A program made the position numbers and the translations under genes. The notes beneath the pieces are model-generated. The model had not been told where the DNA came from. It made no database searches and was given only the letters and a program-made list of their open reading frames with translations. DNA of 60,091 nt from Octopus bimaculoides (lineage: Eukaryota), in assembly GCF_001194135.2 (NCBI RefSeq), contig NC_068989.1, positions 69,600,801 to 69,660,891 of the forward strand. Direction: 5' to 3'. Within the stretch, counting starts at the first letter, position 1, and each line of letters starts with the position of its first letter. Shown here in pieces: positions 52,540 to 60,091 of the stretch.

Positions 52540-52700
52540 CATCCACCCTTGTACTTAACTGGTACTTTATTTTACCGACTGCAAATGAATGAAAAGCAAA
52601 GGTCACATTGCCAGTATTTGAACTTAGAACATAAAGAGCTGGAAGAAATGCTGTTGAGCACTTTTTCCCAATGTTCAAATGATTCTTGCCAAGCTGCCAC
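52540..52700 (-). mobile_element. Degenerate S1 SINE
   Basis: ACTGGTACTTTATTTT..GAATGAAAAGCAAAGG..TTTGAACTTAGAAC pattern. Confidence 0.65.
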
Positions 52701-54230
52701 TCCAAGAATGATAAATGTTTCAAATTTTGGTACAAAGCTACAGTGAAATTGATGTTAAGATTCTATTTAAACAGTTGCACTCCTTGAGATATGTTTAATG
52801 TTCCTTGCAATGTTAGTAACTCTTCTGTATTTAAACTCATAAATATCCCTTCTGAAACTGAAGTTTACACAAAAGAAAGTTAGTTCATAGATTGTAAAGT
52901 TGTACAAATGCCAAGCATATACCTTGAAATTCAAGGGGTATACTTGGCCCTTATATTATACGATTATAGTATACACGTAAGATATTCACTAGATATTTTA
53001 GGGCAAAACTTAAAAGTGAGAAATAAATGTGAGGCCTCGAAGGGTTAAATGCTGTCAGTTGCAAGTGGTAGTAAGTTTTCTATTATATTAAGATTATAAA
53101 TGTCCTCTTGAGAAAACTGGTATTTATTGCTGAAGTACGTGTTCACGCGTCTGTAATTATATAACGGTGTCTGCAAAAACTCATATAAAGTTCGTGCTCA
53201 TTTAAAAAAAAAATTCGTAACAATAAGTGGCTAAGATACGAAACTACTCTTGTATAAGATGGCAGTTTATGTCAAGTATTATCCTCGGAACGTAGTAATT
53301 TATGGGTACATTTTGTCCCAATTATTACATGTAATCAATGATCACCTTTTTCATTTTCTCTTCGTCGTTACAACCACTGTTATGGCTTTTTTTTCTACGG
53401 TAAGATGTAAATCAAATAGGTATTGATATTTTAATACATTTTCTTGCCATTAATCATTTATATCGTAATATATATGATGACCCTCGCCAACCCTTGTATT
53501 ATTCAATTTATTTGTTTCACTCACAGATTTACTTAAAGCAAAGTCTTATGCATCCTTCCCCAAATATCGTCTATCTGATTTTTATTCACGCTGGTTGCCA
53601 GATTGTTTCGTTTTTATCTCAACCGATCTATGTTCTCTCCCCAGCCATTAAAAAGAACCTTGGTAGAGTCCCATCGGTAAGACGATATTAAGATAAAAAT
53701 GTAATTATTGATGCTTTAAAAACCCAATGGATTTGGAGATTTATCTTCAGATTAAATGACCCGAATCTATTTTTGACTATGTTATCGGCAATCAACGAAA
53801 TATGTAAATATGACTTTCTTATTTTCATTATTTTCCAAACTTCATCTGGTTACTAAATATCATTTCATGTATATTTTGGGGGCGCTTTTTGACTCTTCTT
53901 CATCCTAATACTGAAACATAATTTCGAAGGCAAGTCGTATCTCCTTTCTATTTACCCATCGTTGTAACTTTTCTTCCATTATCATTTGATGTACTTGGGT
54001 AGTTCATTTCTTCTTACAAATTTGTGATCTTGTGCTGTGTAAAATCTTTGTTACGAACGAATTCACTCGTTACTTCTTGACCTTACTTTTAATGTAACCA
54101 TTCTTCTAAGCGCTTTTCTCGATTTATTTTTCTGGAAATTCCATGATATTGAACAACCATATATAGTTATAGTACTTCGTCTTGTTATTTTTTTTAACAT
54201 TGAAATAATGTATAGTTTTTTTTTTTTTTG

Positions 54231-54624
54231 TAATCTTCCAGTTTAGGGAAGTTAAAAAGTAGATAAAAATACAAGGGAAATAACTTAACGTCTTACTAGT
54301 ATTATCCGTACTCTCCCCTCCCCACCCGTTCGCGAGCGCGCATTTTTTCTTCATATTCGTTCACAGCAAGTTGTTTTACACCTATTACACTAATTTTTTT
54401 TTACCTTTGAGCTCGGGTCAAACGCTTTAGTTTGACCGTTATTTACTTGTACTGGAAGATTAGCATAAGTTGTGCAGCCGGTACTATGATATTCAATCAC
54501 GTGTGTGATTAATATATAAACAGCTAAAAAAAAAAAAATCATTTCAGAGTAGTACGGATAATACTAGTAAGACGTTAAGTTATTTCCCTTGTATTTTTAT
54601 TTACCTCCCTAAACTGGAAGATTA
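54231..54624. repeat. Inverted repeat with 82/74-bp arms and ~238-bp spacer
   Basis: 54263-54312 is the exact reverse complement of 54551-54600 (50 bp); 54231-54249 of 54606-54624 (19 bp). Confidence 0.92.
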
Positions 54625-55914
54625 CCGTTTTTTTTTTTGTTTTTTTAATTTAGCGATAGCTCTCTCCTTAGACCGCGCAACTGAGCGAATAAAGGAAATG
54701 AAAGCTCTGGTGGATAAAAACAAAAAGAACTGACAGGAACAAAGATTTCATATTTTAGCGCAATATCACAAAGTTATTGGAGGTAATAAACTCTCCAAGG
54801 AATTAATAGAATGTTAACAGAAGGCAATAAAGAAGATATAATTAATTTTCTATAAAATTGTTTCACTTTTCAAGGAATACTGGAAACGGAAAACAGCCTA
54901 TTTATGTAGTACATAAATGAGTCATTCTTTGACTTTGAGAAAAAGTTTTTCACAAATGTTTACTACCTTTCAAAAACTATATCAGCTAAGCAAATGACTT
55001 TCTCTAAATGCATTAAAAATACTACAACGTAATCTGAACACTATTTCAGAAAATATCTCCGTTCTCTTTGAGCAGATTAAAGACAAATTTAGCTGGGGCA
55101 AATAAATTTGCCTCTTCGATTCTCCAGAATTACATTTGAGAAAAGACTCATTTGCACGTCAGTATCCATCCTTAGACATCAGAAAGTTCAGAAATTCAAA
55201 TTAGCGGATGATGGAAAAATAACACTTGATATGAAATTAACCAAACTCGACTAAATCCCAAACCTCAGCATAAAATATACCCTATGGCTTCTTTACGATC
55301 TGCTGGAGTGGCTCTTTTCATGATACATTTTGGCACCGTGCAGTTAAAGAGACAAAGTTATTGAAATTAGTCATTACTCATTTTGTCCCAGTTCAGACAT
55401 TTTTTTGAAATTTGAAAATTATCAAATAAGACAATAGCTTAGGGAGAAATGACTTGGAATCCGACAGAGAAAAGAATTTTGATTGTTAAACACCCAAGAT
55501 TATCCAGATATTTTATTAACAACCTCAATTACAACCGGGTCAAAGTTGAGGAAAAATTTGCTGAAAATATGTGTCACTGGACTGTTTCAAACTCTTTCAA
55601 CAGCAACTGTGCTGACCAATTTTTACTCCTAAAGACGATGCAACACTACAAAATGATGACGCAATACTTGCTATGTAATGGTTTCAAACAAATGGGGAGA
55701 AAATGAGAAATCTGTGATTACTCATTTTGCCTACCGACTATATATTTCAGCATTATAATTTCTGTTGTGCGAAACATAGAAATAGAATAAATAAATATAT
55801 ATGCTTTTCCCAAAAGGTATTAAAGATGTCGATTCAAAATTCCAGAACAAAAGTACTGCGTTACATTGTTTTTCTTATCCTATAATTTCGTTAGTGTACT
55901 TATTCTTTTATTTG

Positions 55915-57000
55915 TTTCAGTCATTTTGACTGCGGTCATACTGGAGCACCGCCTTAAAAGGTTTTTACTTGAAGAAATCGACCCCAGGACTCATTCTGGA
56001 AATACTTACGCCCGTCCTCCTCCATTTTCTCTCAAATTTATTAAAATTTTTTTTTTTTTTGCGAAAAACCTCCGTTTTCGGATACGGAGGTTCTGGAAAA
56101 TTGCCAAAAATCGGCTTTGTTAAATTCCCCCAACCCCCAAATTCTTCAATTTTGAATTTTTTTCCCCAACACTAACCCTAACCCCCTACCCGTAAAACCT
56201 TAACCCTAAAACCCTAACTACAGAAATGTTTTAAAATTTTTATCCGAATCATAATGTCCGTATTTTTCCGCATATCTAGAAAAAAAAAAAAAAAANNNNN
56301 NNNNNNNNNNNNNNNNNNNNNNNNNNNNNNNNNNNNNNNNNNNNNNNNNNNNNNNNNNNNNNNNNNNNNNNNNNNNNNNNNNNNNNNNNNNNNNNNNNNN
56401 NNNNNNNNNNNNNNNNNNNNNNNNNNNNNNNNNNNNNNNNNNNNNNNNNNNNNNNNNNNNNNNNNNNNNNNNNNNNNNNNNNNNNNNNNNNNNNNNNNNN
56501 NNNNNNNNNNNNNNNNNNNNNNNNNNNNNNNNNNNNNNNNNNNNNNNNNNNNNNNNNNNNNNNNNNNNNNNNNNNNNNNNNNNNNNNNNNNNNNNNGGGG
56601 GGGATTTAAAATTGCCGTTTTTTGCCAATTTTTTTGCAGATTCGTATTCCCCGTAGCCGAAAAGCCGGGTTTGTGTCGAAAAAACCAAAAAAATGTTTTT
56701 TAAAGGGTGATTTTTTTTGGGGGGGGGGGAAGTCTTGCCCTCATTCTTTATAAGTCTTGTACTTATTCTATTGTTCACTTGTGCCGAGCCACTAGGGTAC
56801 GGGGGCGTAAGCACTAATATTAGCTGTCAAGCTATGGTGGTGGTGGGACAAACGCAAACACAAGGACACACATATATACACGACAAGCTTCTTTCAGTTT
56901 CTGTCTACGAAATCCACTCACAAGGATTTACCCAAGGTTCCACAGAGAGGTACTGAACCCAGAATCATGTGTTTGGGAAGCAAGCTTCCTGAAATAACTT
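55915..57000 (-). mobile_element. S2 SINE split by an inserted element
   Basis: The S2 sequence stops at ..AGGACTCATTCT and resumes TTATAAGTCTTGTACTTATTC after 56747. Confidence 0.8.
55998..56739. mobile_element. Non-autonomous DNA element with 8-bp TSD and GG..CC ends (Merlin-like?)
   Basis: CTCATTCT at 55990-55997 and 56740-56747; ends GGAAATACTT / (reverse complement) GGCAAGACTT; interior partly in a gap. Confidence 0.65.
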
Positions 57001-57360
57001 TCTTTTCTCTTGTTCTTCCTCCTGTATTTGTCCATTCTTTTCTTATGTTCACTTGTCTTTTTTTCCACTCGTTTCCTTTCTCTTATTATTCATGTGATGG
57101 TCAAAGTTGACTGCCTTTGACCAGAGGTGAAAGTGGGTTTGACTGGGGCTGGTCTGAAGTTGAACAACGACAAAAAGACTTGAAATTTCTGTTGAGGGAA
57201 AAAAGAGGCGTAAAAAATAACAAGTTTTATCCACCCACATTGTTTCGTTAATCTTAATGTCTTTGCTTCAAGTTTATTTTTCATTTTATCTCTTTTCAGT
57301 TATTTATTTTAGTTCCGTTCACTCTCCATTATTCTCGCTGACTCGTACACGTCATTTGTT

Positions 57361-57560
57361 AGTCGGCGAGCTGGCAGAATCATTAGCGAGTCGAATAAAA
57401 ATACTTAGCAGTATTTCTTCCGGCCCTTTACGTTCTGAGCTAAAATCTCGCCAAAGTAAGAATAACCTTTCATGCTTTCGGGGGTTGATAAAATAAGTAC
57501 CAGTTGAGCTCTGATAAACTCTTCTCCTTAAAAACTGTTGGTCTTGTACCCAAATTTGAA
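57361..57560 (+). mobile_element. S1 SINE copy
   Basis: GGCGAGCTGGCAGAATCATTAGC head. Confidence 0.75.
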
Positions 57561-57820
57561 ATCACTAATCCTCCTCTTCCTATCTATCTTTCATTTTGTT
57601 TTTCTTTTTTCTCACTCAAAATCTGCTTTCATCTCTTCTCTTACCAAGGGTTTTATCCTTTCTAATTTCACCCTCAGCATACCTACACAAGTGTGGCTCC
57701 TTTCTGCCGACTTTGTTTCCGCATAACTTGTAGAAAAATCGATATTTTTTTAAACAAAATCTTTTACAAATACGCTTCGGATGGTGTAGATTACGATTAT
57801 TTCGGAATTTACGGTGAACA

Positions 57821-58400
57821 AAAATTTTTGGATCTTGTTCAAAGCGGGGGCACCAGTATTTTCTTAACGAAACACTTTGAAACTTGAGACACTGGTAGAA
57901 TGTGTCATATAAAACAACTTTTTCTCTTAGTCTTCTTAACNNNNNNNNNNNNNNNNNNNNNNNNNNNNNNNNNNNNNNNNNNNNNNNNNNNNNNNNNNNN
58001 NNNNNNNNNNNNNNNNNNNNNNNNNNNNNNNNNNNNNNNNCTATTATAGGCACAAGGCATGGTTTTTGAGGGAAGGAGCAAGTCAATTAGAGTTAGGGAA
58101 AACGAACACACGTGTGTTGCCTCTGCAAAATGTCAGAAGTAATGGAGATTAAATACGCTTTACACCGCTTAAAGTGCCAAAGGAGTAAGTGTAAACAGCT
58201 GAATACTTGTCAGTGATTGGTTGAAATTATCGAAATAAGACAATTTTTTACATGAAATAAATCCGAATACAAAATTTTTTTTCTGTTCTATAACACAAAA
58301 TAGATAAGTATACGAAGTTTGAAAGTCTTTCGGTACCAAAAACACTACATAAAACTTAAATGAAAACTGGTGCCCCGTTTTGAACAAGATCCAATTTTTT
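57821..58400. repeat. ~40-bp inverted repeat pair, probably sub-terminal parts of a DNA element
   Basis: TTGGATCTTGTTCAAAGCGGGGGCACCAGT at ~57828 vs ACTGGTGCCCCGTTTTTGAACAAGATCCAA at ~58366. Confidence 0.7.
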
Positions 58401-58984
58401 CGAGTTTCGGAAAAAAACTCACCCGAGTCTGCTTTGATTCCTTATATCTTTCAGGAAAAAAAAAAGGTATTTTATAATGGGGTTTTCTAGAGCATGGAGA
58501 TAACGATTACTTCGGAATAGGGAAAAAGAAAAAAAAAATCGCACTATTACTTTAACGTTTTAGCCCTATTCTTTCCACTTACTCGCTCTATCTCGTTCCC
58601 TCCTATCCCTTCCTATGTTTATCTCCCTACTCTCATGATTGCCTGTCTCACAAGCTGGTAACTATCACCATGCCATTCTCATCTACCCACGCCATATAAT
58701 AATTTCTTTTTCTTGCCCTTCCCGCTTCCAGCACTGCTACAGTTTGCTCCTTCCAGCTGGGCAGAGAAAGAAAATGATATGATTTCGCATTTTTATACTA
58801 AGATTTTAAAGCAGTGCTTTTCAAAGTAAGGAGTATTTTCCCATTCCCGTCTAGAGGGTTCCGTGGGAAATTTCATATGGATTATGAAGACAAAGGAAGT
58901 GAGGCAATGAATGCGTTTTTAAATTGCCTTAGTTAAAAAAAATAAATTATCTTTTGTACGAATCATCTGGTAAAATTGATTATA

Positions 58985-59400
58985 AACTTTGGTAGATCAG
59001 CAATTTCAAGGAGGGGGATAAGTCGATTGCATCGATCTCAGTGTTCAACTGGTACATATTTTATTGACCCCGACAGGATGAAAGGCAAAGTTGACTTTGG
59101 ATGAATTTGAATTTCGGACGTAAAGACGGACGAAATTTCGCCCACCGTGCAAACAATTCTGCGAGCTCGCTACCGCTTTATCATCTGGTAATTTTAATGG
59201 CTGAAGGACAGCCAGCTGACAGAATCACGAGTTAAATTTATGCCTATAATAAAGAGTAGAGAATCGCGAGTTTAAATGCCGCCGAGGTCGGGTTTGTCTT
59301 TCAACTTTTCGAGGTCGATAAAATAAGTTGAGCACTTGAGTTGATGTAATCGACTTGCCTTCTTCCTCAAAATTTCGGGTCTTACGCCTGTTGTAGGAAG
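58985..59400. mobile_element. Divergent pair of S1 SINEs
   Basis: Minus copy ~58985-59175 and plus copy ~59265-59400. Confidence 0.75.
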
Positions 59401-59453
59401 AATATTGTTAGTTGAAATGTTGCTTTGACATTTCGTATCAAAAGACTAGGCGA

Positions 59454-59528
59454 AGGTAAAGAATACGCACACCACCCAGTTAAGCTTACAGTTATGCCGA
59501 AAACGGGTAGTGTGCGTATTCTTTACCT
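59454..59528. other. 24-bp stem / 27-nt loop hairpin
   Basis: AGGTAAAGAATACGCACACCACCC ... GGGTAGTGTGCGTATTCTTTACCT, one mismatch. Confidence 0.9.
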
Positions 59529-59574
59529 CATCCAAAGACTACATGATCTATGTGCATGTAGTATTTTAATGGAA

Positions 59575-59940
59575 GTGGAGGCGCAATGGTCCAGTGGTTA
59601 GGGCAGCGGACTTGCGATCATAGGATCACGGTTTCGATTCCCAGACCGGGCGTTGTGAGTGTTTATTGAGCGAAAACACCTAAAGCCCCACGAGGCTCCG
59701 GCAGGAGATGGTGGCGAACCCTGCTGTACTCTTTCACCACAACTTTCTCTCACTCTTACTTCCTGTTGTGCCTGTAATTCAAAGGGCCGGCCTTGTCATA
59801 CTGTGTCACGCTGAATATCCCACGTGTTTGTGGAGTGCTCAACCACTTGCACATTAATTTCACGAGCAGGCTGTTTCGTTGATCGGATCAACTGGAACCC
59901 TCGGCGTTGTAAGCGACGGAGTGCCAACAAAAACAACAAT
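59575..59940 (+). mobile_element. S4 tRNA-head SINE, near-complete
   Basis: A-box-like TGGTCCAGTGG, B-box GGTTTCGATTCCC, body matches 24864-25177, AAC tail. Confidence 0.88.
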
Positions 59941-60091
59941 TTTAATGAAAACCATCTTCCTACGAGCAGTGATTTTCTTTTTTTCATTGCGTATTTAATT
60001 TTATTGAATCGTAGTAAGGCGGGTGTTGAAAGCGTGCTAGAAAATAACGGCGGGTGATAGTTTTAACATTTTTTGAGAACTGTTTTAAGGT

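Noticed and set aside
55449-55706. ORF MTWNPTEKRILIVKH..., vaguely like a transposase N-terminal HTH
   Set aside because: Similarity is weak and I found no TIRs or catalytic region.
56172-56219. TAACCC repeats as a true or interstitial telomere
   Set aside because: Only a few degenerate units, located inside an inserted element.
59575-59650. tRNA-like sequence
   Set aside because: It is the head of an S4 SINE: it continues into the SINE body and lacks a tRNA 3' acceptor stem and Pol III terminator. The S1 and S2 heads were rejected for the same reason.

Overview
AT-rich eukaryotic genomic DNA with N-gaps and very dense (AT)n/(GT)n/(AAT)n microsatellites. The repeat families are the ones I associate with octopus genomes (organism inferred from recall, not verified). 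There are no prokaryotic features, CRISPR arrays or rRNA, and no gene I can name. Most of the window is intronic or intergenic and filled with transposable elements: several SINE families; a full-length but degenerate DD37D (maT) element; an internally deleted long-TIR Tc1; two copies of a non-autonomous mariner made of two 5' ends; piggyBac-, pogo- and possibly Merlin-type MITEs; R4/Dong RLE retrotransposon fragments, one with a stop-free C-terminal ORF inside an (AAT)n array; and a Penelope GIY-YIG remnant. Splice signals plus a CpG-retention pattern suggest one or more unidentified minus-strand genes, with candidate promoters near 52.2 kb and 24.2 kb. Nearly all ORFs in the supplied track are microsatellite, gap or TE artefacts. 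I did not find a clearly novel biological system. The best leads are the (AAT)n retroelement pile-up, the two-5'-end mariner family, the unassigned exons and two strong hairpins. SINE family labels S1-S6 are my own, and most SINE boundaries are approximate.
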